UHGV virus genome: UHGV-0080837
Origin: a virus
Length of the DNA: 29,296 bases
Strand: one strand, 5' to 3'
Positions 17,075 through 24,628 of this stretch are shown here, in pieces; the stretch's first letter is position 1, and each line of letters begins with the position of its first letter. The notes below the pieces were generated by a model. The model had not been told where the DNA came from. It searched no databases and saw only the letters and a program-made list of their open reading frames with translations. A program made the position numbers and the translations under genes.

Positions 17075-17290
17075 ATGGCTACTATCCCTACCCCAACTCA
17101 TTCTGAATTTATCTGGCGTTTCTATTCCTGCCAAAAACACCTGTATATCTGCGTCATGGCTGCAACCGAAGCAGAAGCTCGTTCATACCTTCCTGAAGAA
17201 CCCTGCATTTTTGCCGCACGCTTCACTCTTGATGCGATGGAGATCCTCAATTACTGGAATCTGCCAATGAACTGCGTGGAGGTGCACTGA
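17075..17290 (+). CDS. icd: Icd-like small protein (host cell division inhibitor family)
   Basis: 71-aa ORF; pattern IWRFYS ... AATEAEARSYLPEEPCIFAARF resembles Icd-like proteins. Its RBS AGGAGG (17061-17066) is part of the b2 antisense target; its stop overlaps the ant ATG (TGATG at 17288-17292). Confidence 0.5.
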   Translation: MATIPTPTHSEFIWRFYSCQKHLYICVMAATEAEARSYLPEEPCIFAARFTLDAMEILNYWNLPMNCVEVH

Positions 17291-18231
17291 TGAATCTGTC
17301 CATCTCTCAAAAAGCGACAATGACCAGTATTGAGATCGCGGAACTGGTAGGTAAGCGTCATGATAATGTGAAGCGTACCATTGAAGTATTAACTAAAGGT
17401 GGTGTCATTCAATTTCCTCAAATTGAGGAAATTGAAAATAAACAATCAGTTGGCCCTCGTCGATTTTCCAAGGCTTACATCTTTGAAGGCGAACAAGGAA
17501 AACGAGACAGCATTATTGTCGTCGCGCAGCTCTCTCCCGAATTCACCGCCCGGCTGGTGGACCGCTGGCGCGAACTGGAGAGTGCCAAAGTACAGTTAAA
17601 ATCAAAAGCCGAAATTCTGGCTGAAATGGCGCAAATGCATCTTGAGCATGAACGCCGGATCAACGCCGTTAATGCCCAGGTAGCCGAAGTATCGGCACAA
17701 GTGTCCAAAGTCGCTGAAACCGTCGAGCAAATAAAGAAAGGCAATATGCCGGAAGGCTACATTGGCTACCGCCAGTTGGCGGCGAAATGTGGCCTGACTG
17801 AAGCCAAATGTCGCAACCTGGTTAACGCTTACCGGATTCCCACCGATACACATGAGTTTTTGACCCCCGATGGCTTGCTTGCGCGACGCTCCATTGTGGC
17901 TCTGGCCCCCTTCCGGAAAGCCTTCAAGCAGGTTATGTCGGAGGCAGAACCACGCAACAAACGCTGGTATCATCCCAAGATGGGGCTGTTTCAGGCAATC
18001 CATCATCCTTTACCGGAAATCCCAAAAGATAATCTGTCACTGCATACCGCCAGAGAGAAGATCAGAAGTGGATATGCAACGGTATGCCGTCGCGCCTCAT
18101 GGTCTGAAGGTGTATGGGTATGGCCCGAAGGCGGATCAAGGAAGCACTGGCGCACTATCCGGGATGGGAAAATCCATGCTATTGATTTAGCGCCAGAGGA
18201 TATGGTTGCTATGGACTGGATTGTTAGTTAA
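17290..18231 (+). CDS. ant: antirepressor (Rha/Ant N-terminal domain) with C-terminal DUF2829-like domain
   Basis: N-terminus TSIEIAELVGKRHDNVKRTIEVL is a typical Rha/Ant-type HTH start. C-terminal ~60 aa (SGYATVCRRASW ... WVWPEGG ... IHAIDLAPEDMVAMDWIVS) parallel the DUF2829 domain at 2588..3265. Confidence 0.6.
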   Translation: MNLSISQKATMTSIEIAELVGKRHDNVKRTIEVLTKGGVIQFPQIEEIENKQSVGPRRFSKAYIFEGEQGKRDSIIVVAQLSPEFTARLVDRWRELESAKVQLKSKAEILAEMAQMHLEHERRINAVNAQVAEVSAQVSKVAETVEQIKKGNMPEGYIGYRQLAAKCGLTEAKCRNLVNAYRIPTDTHEFLTPDGLLARRSIVALAPFRKAFKQVMSEAEPRNKRWYHPKMGLFQAIHHPLPEIPKDNLSLHTAREKIRSGYATVCRRASWSEGVWVWPEGGSRKHWRTIRDGKIHAIDLAPEDMVAMDWIVS

Positions 18232-18239
18232 TTACTGTT

Positions 18240-18266
18240 GCCCCGGCCAGGTCGGGGCTTTAATTT
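18240..18266 (+). terminator. intrinsic terminator after ant
   Basis: Stem GCCCCG (18240-18245) / CGGGGC (18253-18258), followed by TTTAATTT. Confidence 0.5.
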
Positions 18267-18267
18267 A

Positions 18268-19143
18268 CTAGTCCTGCTGACAATTCAGGAACATAAACGC
18301 ACGTTTGTCCGTTAAATCCGTAACATAATATTCACGAATACCATTCGGTTTTATGCGGCGAGCATACACAAACTTATGAACTGGCTGGTCGCTGCCATAA
18401 CTAACCTCAGTGCGAAATTCATCGACCGTGCTACCATCCTTTTCTGTCTCTTTGCGTATCAGCTTATTGTTCAGAACTGGTTGAGTCTCATCCATTCCGC
18501 TAAATGCATCTTGCCCGGTACTATTACCCCGGTTGCCACGTGGTAAATCCCACGAGAAATAAGTCCCATAGTCTGTAATTACCTGATCCCACGCCCCGGC
18601 TTCATCCATATAATGACTACGCTTCCCTTGGTATGTTACGTCAACCTTACAGGAAAACGTTGGCGCGCTATTACTTGCAGCAGAGGCCGTTGAAGATTGT
18701 GTAACACTGCCATTGTTGGCATTTCCATAGTTCCAGCCATCATGCAACGCTTTAACCCACAGATTAGTCAGGGATAGCGTAACATCATTCCCCAGCGCCT
18801 GGCTGATTCGAAGCCTCTGTATCCGACGCAACCCATACTCATAGGCTTCATCGTCATTAATCACTCGCCCACGTTGAGCGGCTACCACCCCAGATTGCCA
18901 CGCACGATTAATTTCACGAATAAGATACACTTGTGGATCAACTCCGTATCTGTTGTATTCATAGTAAAGGCTCATTGCGCCATGTTGGCTCTGGTATTCA
19001 TTAGCCCATGATATAACCGCGTTTCTTCCATAATCCGCGAGCGCAGAATGACTTGACAGAAGAAGAGCAACGCCAACAGTCTTCAGTAATTTGAATCGGA
19101 ATAACTTTTTAATAATACGATTGGGAAATATGTTTTTGCTCAC
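18268..19143 (-). CDS. secreted protein of unknown function (signal peptide), moron-like
   Basis: 291-aa ORF on the opposite strand to its neighbours. N-terminus KLLKTVGVALLLSSHSALA is a Sec signal; Ser/Thr/Asn-rich middle. Own upstream region at 19144-19370. Confidence 0.5.
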   Translation of the reverse strand: MSKNIFPNRIIKKLFRFKLLKTVGVALLLSSHSALADYGRNAVISWANEYQSQHGAMSLYYEYNRYGVDPQVYLIREINRAWQSGVVAAQRGRVINDDEAYEYGLRRIQRLRISQALGNDVTLSLTNLWVKALHDGWNYGNANNGSVTQSSTASAASNSAPTFSCKVDVTYQGKRSHYMDEAGAWDQVITDYGTYFSWDLPRGNRGNSTGQDAFSGMDETQPVLNNKLIRKETEKDGSTVDEFRTEVSYGSDQPVHKFVYARRIKPNGIREYYVTDLTDKRAFMFLNCQQD

Positions 19144-19371
19144 TTTTCAACCTTTCACCACAAATCAAGACTAACAACCCAATAATAATAACTAACCACT
19201 CTGTTTTTTTGATAAGCACCAAATCGTTTACAAAAAAAATAGCAAATGACTATTGACACTATTCTGGAAATCACAAACTGCACATAATCCATCGCGCTAA
19301 CGGCTCCCGTTGAAGGTTCTTTTGACGATTAACTTTCAGCCGAAGCGCGGTAGGGAGTCATAACGCCAAAG

Positions 19372-19397
19372 CAGGCCGCCATGTGCGGCCTTTTTTT
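19372..19397 (+). terminator. intrinsic-terminator-like hairpin plus T7 in the leader of the 19425 gene
   Basis: AGGCCGC CATGT GCGGCCT followed by TTTTTTT, ending 27 nt upstream of the ATG at 19425. No + strand gene lies upstream. Confidence 0.5.
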
Positions 19398-19424
19398 GTA
19401 TCCGTCATCCGTGGAGGAAGGACA

Positions 19425-20078
19425 ATGGAAAAGATCGCAATATTCAGCCTGACCACCAGCAAGCCTCAAATGCTCACTGCAATACTGAAAGACGGTGCTC
19501 TCATTATTAACGAAGTAAAACCCCTTCCCGCGTCAGCATTGGAGCAAAAGCAAAAAATTCCTCCAGCTATAGCAGCCCTGCGGAAAAGCAAATTTAAGGT
19601 ACTGGTAGACGAAATTACGCCAACGATCTCCGCTGGCACCGGAGCAAGTCAGGTGACTCTCAAGACCCGTCATGCCGATGGTAGAGCAGCAATCATCGTC
19701 GGGATGGAAAGATACAGAGAGTTAAAACTCCAGAAACTATTATCCCTGCCGCAAAATAACAAAGGTGCTTTCGAAATCCCCGACTCTATCGTTGATACCG
19801 AATACAATGGTAACGGAGAAGAAGTCTACCGGGTGAACTGGCAGGACATCAGGCCGGAACATATTCTTATGATCCTGTGTTGCTACGCGACCGTATACCA
19901 CAACGTTGCCAGTGCGGATTACGTAGAGCAGATGACCGGCGCAGTCGAGAAAGAGCAAAAAACAGGCATACTCGCTTCGTTCCTGTCCATTATTGGGCAT
20001 GAAAAAGTTGAAGCAGGCACCTCCCAGCCAAAGTCACTGGCTGGGAAAGAAGTTGATGAAGATACCGTGATACTTTGA
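19425..20078 (+). CDS. hypothetical protein
   Basis: Start moved to the ATG at 19425 (GGAGG 5 nt upstream), inside track ORF 19383..20078. 217 aa, no family recognised. Confidence 0.5.
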   Translation: MEKIAIFSLTTSKPQMLTAILKDGALIINEVKPLPASALEQKQKIPPAIAALRKSKFKVLVDEITPTISAGTGASQVTLKTRHADGRAAIIVGMERYRELKLQKLLSLPQNNKGAFEIPDSIVDTEYNGNGEEVYRVNWQDIRPEHILMILCCYATVYHNVASADYVEQMTGAVEKEQKTGILASFLSIIGHEKVEAGTSQPKSLAGKEVDEDTVIL

Positions 20079-20406
20079 TCACATTAGTAGCTTTGTTAAC
20101 TCCCTCAATACCAGGTAGAAGAGTAACAAAAATATTGACGCCAGTATTTGCGTGGTCAATGAAGCGTTCATAAACAGATCAATTAGCATTAATAATTCGA
20201 ATATAACATCCATGTCATTCACTCCGTTTAATTTTTAATCTAATGCCAGCAAATGAAGCTGGCCCCCGCACAAAGATTAATGAAAGTCACTTGTCACCAG
20301 TGAGGGGATTTATGAACCACATCCCCCTGAACTGGTGGCCTGTCTGTTTCTCACATTTCACACCCTGCATACAGTTTCCCCCAGGTTATGACTGAGAGGC
20401 TTTGTT

Positions 20407-20736
20407 ATGGGCTATAGCAGACTCGACGACAGGTACATTGAAGACGATATTTTTCGTGCGCTGTTTCACCAGGAAATGATTAAGCGGGTATCGGAGTATC
20501 ACTCTGATAATTTCCAGTACACGATAAAGATTGATGAAGTATATCGTTCAGACCTTGCAGCCTACAGGGCGTATGGCAATGCAGATTTGCGCTGGGTATT
20601 CCGGGTGCTGGTGGGCCATGAGTCAGAAATGGAAGAAATGCCCGCCGGGACCACGTTAACTCTTCCTGATGTGGCATGGCTGAGGAACAAGATCCGTGAT
20701 TACGCGAGCGCGGAACCGGAGATAGAAAATGCCTGA
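20407..20736 (+). CDS. hypothetical protein
   Basis: 109-aa ORF; its stop overlaps the next ATG (ATGCCTGA region at 20729-20736). Confidence 0.45.
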   Translation: MGYSRLDDRYIEDDIFRALFHQEMIKRVSEYHSDNFQYTIKIDEVYRSDLAAYRAYGNADLRWVFRVLVGHESEMEEMPAGTTLTLPDVAWLRNKIRDYASAEPEIENA

Positions 20737-21922
20737 TTTCCTGAAAAACCAGGACGGGCGCTATATCACTGACGGCCTGTCCTCTAAGGACTTCACGCGT
20801 TTATTCGACCTTATCAGGAAAGAACAAACCCGTAAGCGCCGACAAGCTCACCGGACGCTGACGCCAGGTAGACTGAGGAACAAATCCGCCGAAGATATTC
20901 TCAAGTTAGGGAAGAAAAAAGGCGGCACGTTCTTCACGCGAGACGACCTGAAAGGTTTCGAAAAGCTACGGAGTAAAACACGCGAAAAATATGACAGCAA
21001 GACGGCTGGCATCACATACGCCCAGCTGGTGGCATCCAGCCAGGCAATCGATATTAAGCGTGCAAATAACGCCGTGGATGACGGATCTGGTATCAAAAGA
21101 GCTACACCCGTATCTCTTCGCCACAACGTGATTAATATCCGCGTAGAAGCATCGGATATATCCGTCCACCAGCACCATATCGTCCGGATACGCTTTGAAG
21201 AATGGGATCAGATGGTCGATGACATCGCAGAAGACGATAAATCAGCTCTGAAAATCACTAAATCACTGTGCGCTGGGCGGGTGTCTTTCGATTGTGACTG
21301 TGGTCGTCATCAATACTGGTATCGTTACATCGCTACTGCGGGTAACTTTGCCCTGGCCCCGCCAAAAGAATACGCCTATCCAAAAGTTCGTAACCCTAAG
21401 CTACAAGGCGTCGCCTGTAAACACGTGATCCACTCAATGACGCGGTTACAGTCCGCTAGTTGGCAAATGAGTATTGCTCGTGCGTTACAAAAGGCCGCAA
21501 CGCAAATTGCATTTGGTGACGATCGCCGCCGTACAACCAAACACTTCTCAAAAGAAGACGAGAGGGAGTTTAATCGCAATCGCAACAGTAAAACAAACGT
21601 TGACGCTGCCAAGCGCGAATGGAGGCTCTATCAGAAGCGCCAGGCAGCTTTAAGTACAAAACTGGCAAAGGACAACGGCAAGATCGACAAGCTACGTGAC
21701 CAATTGACCAGGGCCAGAAAGTTGTCAGACGCACAGAAAAAACGGGCGGCTGCAAAAGAAGCGGCCTTGCAACGTGAGAAACAGAAAAACAAGGAGCTTC
21801 AGCAACGCCTTGCCGATCAGTTCGCACTGAAGAAGCAAGCGTTCATTGATGCGCTTGTCATGGCTGGAACGCCACAAGAACAGGCTGAGAAGATGTTTAT
21901 AGAGTACGTGAAAAAAGCATAA
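20729..21922 (+). CDS. SWIM-type zinc-finger protein with basic coiled-coil C-terminus
   Basis: CxC-Xn-CxH signature (FDCDCGRHQYWYRY ... GVACKHVIH), then a long K/R/Q/E/A-rich helical tail. Confidence 0.5.
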   Translation: MPDFLKNQDGRYITDGLSSKDFTRLFDLIRKEQTRKRRQAHRTLTPGRLRNKSAEDILKLGKKKGGTFFTRDDLKGFEKLRSKTREKYDSKTAGITYAQLVASSQAIDIKRANNAVDDGSGIKRATPVSLRHNVINIRVEASDISVHQHHIVRIRFEEWDQMVDDIAEDDKSALKITKSLCAGRVSFDCDCGRHQYWYRYIATAGNFALAPPKEYAYPKVRNPKLQGVACKHVIHSMTRLQSASWQMSIARALQKAATQIAFGDDRRRTTKHFSKEDEREFNRNRNSKTNVDAAKREWRLYQKRQAALSTKLAKDNGKIDKLRDQLTRARKLSDAQKKRAAAKEAALQREKQKNKELQQRLADQFALKKQAFIDALVMAGTPQEQAEKMFIEYVKKA

Positions 21923-21966
21923 ACCACACATAGCCTAGTAGTTTATGCTGGGCTTTCATTTTTTTG
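21916..21966 (+). terminator. hairpin plus T-run between convergent genes
   Basis: AGCATAAAC (21916-21924) pairs with GTTTATGCT (21941-21949), followed by GGGCTTTCATTTTTTT. Confidence 0.35.
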
Positions 21967-22684
21967 AAAGATCAATTCCAGTATTATCAAACAAACTGGA
22001 AATATCAGACACCAATTTATTAAAATGCTTGTCATCATTATAGAATGATGTGCTTTTTATAGCGACTATAAAATCACATAAATCTTGCGGAGATTCAATG
22101 CTAACCCCCTTATTTTTATATAGCTCAATAATACTGCCAACATCAGTATGCAATAGTTTTATCGCGCCACAAATTTCTCGCTGTTTCGCAACTAGGTCAT
22201 TAAGTTTATTTTCATTTTCATCTAAGATTTGTTTTGAATATTTAGCGTCATTGGTTGCTTGATTTAACTTTGTTTTCTTTCTTTGCAATTCTATTCTTTT
22301 ATCATAATCAGCAACTTCATCTAAATATCTTATTTCAGTGTATAATTTACTTGTTAGCTTAGATATCTTCAGTGTGAGAATAGGAGCTAACACAGATGCA
22401 AATACTCCATAAACAAATGGGATTACAACGTGATAAACCCACGGGGATACAATCCAATTATCAAAGAACGGGACATTGCCACCAACAAAAACAATAGATA
22501 ATGTATATAGGATGTCGTCCTTTGACTTTAATATAATTAAAATATCCTTCCAGTTAAAAATTAGAAAAGAAATGACAACATATGCAAAAACCTTGTTAAA
22601 TATTTTATCTTTTATTATTTCAGAAAATGATTTTAGTTCTGTTTCATTTATAGACGGATTATCTGTAACTTTTTCTGACATCAT
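21956..22684 (-). CDS. AT-rich moron: two-TM membrane protein with coiled-coil and C-terminal globular region, function unknown
   Basis: 242-aa ORF; sampled 60-nt lines are about 25-27% G+C against about 50% in flanking genes. Two hydrophobic helices (VFAYVVISFLIFNW... and VYHVVIPFVYGVFASVLAPILTL), then K/E/N/Q-rich heptad-like sequence. Confidence 0.5.
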   Translation of the reverse strand: MMSEKVTDNPSINETELKSFSEIIKDKIFNKVFAYVVISFLIFNWKDILIILKSKDDILYTLSIVFVGGNVPFFDNWIVSPWVYHVVIPFVYGVFASVLAPILTLKISKLTSKLYTEIRYLDEVADYDKRIELQRKKTKLNQATNDAKYSKQILDENENKLNDLVAKQREICGAIKLLHTDVGSIIELYKNKGVSIESPQDLCDFIVAIKSTSFYNDDKHFNKLVSDISSLFDNTGIDLSKK

Positions 22685-22705
22685 AGCTTATCCTGATTAC
22701 TTTTA

Positions 22706-22906
22706 TTATGGATAGTTAAAAGATTCAACAGGTGATGGTGGCTGAATTGGGTAATGTTTCTTCTCGTACTCCTCAATGAGAAGACTCATAACCTCAAAGA
22801 AATCACCTTCCGGAGTATTCATTTCCGGTTCGTTATCGAACATCGGTTCGACCGCACGCAGTGCGGCCTCATAATCTTGTTCTGTACGGATAGGTTTAAT
22901 GTTCAT
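22706..22906 (-). CDS. small acidic protein, possibly antitoxin-N-domain-like
   Basis: 66-aa ORF (IKPIRTEQDYEAALRAVEPMFDNEPEMNTPEGDFFEVMSLLIEEYEKKHYPI). Normal GC, weak RBS; the family assignment is from a low-confidence recollection. Confidence 0.35.
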   Translation of the reverse strand: MNIKPIRTEQDYEAALRAVEPMFDNEPEMNTPEGDFFEVMSLLIEEYEKKHYPIQPPSPVESFNYP

Positions 22907-22917
22907 TAATTACAAAG

Positions 22918-22947
22918 GAAAGCCCACTTGCTAAGTGGGCTTTTTGT
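22918..22947. terminator. hairpin plus T-run between higA and the small ORF
   Basis: GCCCAC TTGCTAA GTGGGC (22923-22941) with TTTTT on the + side and a U-rich tract on the - side. Confidence 0.4.
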
Positions 22948-22962
22948 ATGTGTTTTACTATA

Positions 22963-23301
22963 TCAGGCTGCTTTTTTATTCAGGTTCCGCTGAGAAATAA
23001 ATTTTTCAGCAGTATTGATACGACTTAACTCTTCCTGAACGCGCATATCATTTTCGACTTCCCACAGATCTACTGCGGTCTGAAGATTAATCCAAAAATC
23101 TACAGAAGTATCGAATGCTTTTGCCAGGCGATATGCCATATCCATCGTTAGCTTACGATTATTATTAACAAGAGCACTTACGGTGTTACGATGAACATGA
23201 AGTATTTCTGCTAACTCGTTGATCTTCAGCTCTAACGGCTCCAGGTATTCGTACAGAAGGATATCACCTACGGTCGTCGGTTTTCTGGTTGCCTGTTTCA
23301 T
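22963..23301 (-). CDS. higA: HigA-family antitoxin (XRE-type HTH)
   Basis: 112-aa ORF with the HigA-type HTH pattern (VGDILLYEYLEPLELKINELAEILHVHRNTVSALVNNNRKLTMDMAYRLAKAFDTSVDFWINLQ), immediately downstream of the toxin gene. Confidence 0.75.
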   Translation of the reverse strand: MKQATRKPTTVGDILLYEYLEPLELKINELAEILHVHRNTVSALVNNNRKLTMDMAYRLAKAFDTSVDFWINLQTAVDLWEVENDMRVQEELSRINTAEKFISQRNLNKKAA

Positions 23302-23371
23302 TTTTTGCCCTTACTAGCGTGCGTATTAAGTGGACTCTGGTCAGAACCCGGACCGTAACCGGGAATCTGTT

Positions 23372-23674
23372 TTAGTATTTGTGTGGGTCGAGATACAAGT
23401 CCTCGGCCTTTCCGTTAACCCACTTAAAAATTAACCTATATTGCTTATTCACCCTTACTGATGAATAGCCATTTAGCTTCCCTGACAGTTCCTCATACCG
23501 ATTACCTGGTGGTGATCTTAAATCCTTACAGGTAGTTGCGGCATTGATAATGTCCAACTTCCGTGACAATGTCATATGAATATCAGGAGGTATCTTTCTA
23601 TGTGGTGTTGAAAATTCAAAAAAATCATCAAGCCACGCATCCCTGAAATCCTTTATGTTAATTTTTTTGGTCAT
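23372..23674 (-). CDS. higB: HigB-like toxin (plasmid maintenance system killer protein family)
   Basis: 100-aa ORF with the family pattern DL.SPPGNRYEELSGKLNGYSSVRVNKQYRLIFKWVNG.AEDLYLDPHKY; toxin-first order typical of higBA. Confidence 0.75.
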   Translation of the reverse strand: MTKKINIKDFRDAWLDDFFEFSTPHRKIPPDIHMTLSRKLDIINAATTCKDLRSPPGNRYEELSGKLNGYSSVRVNKQYRLIFKWVNGKAEDLYLDPHKY

Positions 23675-23719
23675 TAGTCATTTGATCCTCCGTGATGATT
23701 ACCGAATGCCATAACTATA

Positions 23720-23747
23720 GCGCACTGTTGCACTGTGCGCAAGTGCA
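23720..23747. promoter_or_regulatory. overlapping palindromes in the higBA promoter region (candidate HigA operator)
   Basis: GCGCAC (23720-23725) / GTGCGC (23735-23740) and TGCACT (23729-23734) / AGTGCA (23742-23747), about 50 nt upstream of the higB start. Confidence 0.4.
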
Positions 23748-23836
23748 TTTTATGGATTCCCCCTCCTTCATCCAAAATCACAATCTCCCGAAAATCTTCC
23801 TTTCGATACCTGACAGATCGACCTTTGAGGATGCTT

Positions 23837-24628
23837 ATGGGCCGTTTTGACGAATGGTTTGCTGACGATGCAAACCTGGCAAGTAAGGAGTCAGAACATG
23901 ACAGCACGCAGAGAGAAACGCCAGCGCCGATTGAAGCGAATGCAGGAGGTGCGCCGGAACATGGCAATACCGGTTCGGATTCATTCAGCATTCTGGAAGA
24001 GCAACCCGCCGCCAAAGCTGATAGCCATGATAATTTTGCTGATAGCAACGCTGGCCTTACTCCGGATGCTGCCGAATCAGATATAGCCATACTTCCACCT
24101 TCCCTGGCTGGCAGAGAACCAACTCCACAGCTAAAAGCACGCTATAACGGGCATAAAGCCTTTAATGACCAAATCCGCGCAGACTGGATGCTGATTATTG
24201 AATCCAGCCCAGACGCGTTTCAGGCTCTCTTATATCGACCAGATGTTGGCACATATGGGGTAGTCAGCGACGAAACAGGAGAAGAGTCATTCACTGAACT
24301 GGATAACAACCAACGCGAACTGACTTACCAGGAACCTGAAATCGTTTATGTGCTGGATAACCCTGACGGGCGTGACTCTTTCCATGCGATTGACGCAGAC
24401 GGTGAGCAGGATGGCTTAACCGATGATGTTCTGATTCTGCGTATTGCAGCAAATAACGTCCCCGTCGGCTCAATTCTTGAATGGAATGAAGAGATGGTAA
24501 ACGGCGTAGCCCGCCGCTGGTGGTACGTGCACCGTATTTTTAGCTACGGCACACAGCATGTTGGTTCGCTTTACTACTGCATACCTGCCAGGAATTTTGA
24601 TACGACTCAAAACGGAGTGATCGAATGA
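23837..24628 (+). CDS. hypothetical acidic protein, first gene of a rightward morphogenesis-type operon
   Basis: Start taken at the ATG at 23837 after GAGGA, inside track ORF 23735..24628. Acidic and Ala/Pro-rich N-terminal half; stop overlaps the next ATG. Confidence 0.45.
   Translation: MGRFDEWFADDANLASKESEHDSTQRETPAPIEANAGGAPEHGNTGSDSFSILEEQPAAKADSHDNFADSNAGLTPDAAESDIAILPPSLAGREPTPQLKARYNGHKAFNDQIRADWMLIIESSPDAFQALLYRPDVGTYGVVSDETGEESFTELDNNQRELTYQEPEIVYVLDNPDGRDSFHAIDADGEQDGLTDDVLILRIAANNVPVGSILEWNEEMVNGVARRWWYVHRIFSYGTQHVGSLYYCIPARNFDTTQNGVIE

Noticed and set aside
17602-18006. 134-aa minus-strand ORF inside the antirepressor gene
   Set aside because: Antisense shadow ORF; the + strand gene has clear family signatures and translational coupling to icd.
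20079-20171. 30-aa hydrophobic minus-strand ORF (MNASLTTQILASIFLLLFYLVLRELTKLLM) resembling a type I toxin peptide
   Set aside because: No Shine-Dalgarno sequence upstream, and it abuts the stop of a convergent gene; hydrophobic ORFs of this size arise by chance in AT-rich spacers. Worth a look only if transcript data show an RNA here.
23674-24090. 138-aa minus-strand ORF overlapping the 23837 gene and the higB promoter region
   Set aside because: Low-complexity Ala/Ser-rich translation antisense to a better-supported + strand gene; no RBS.
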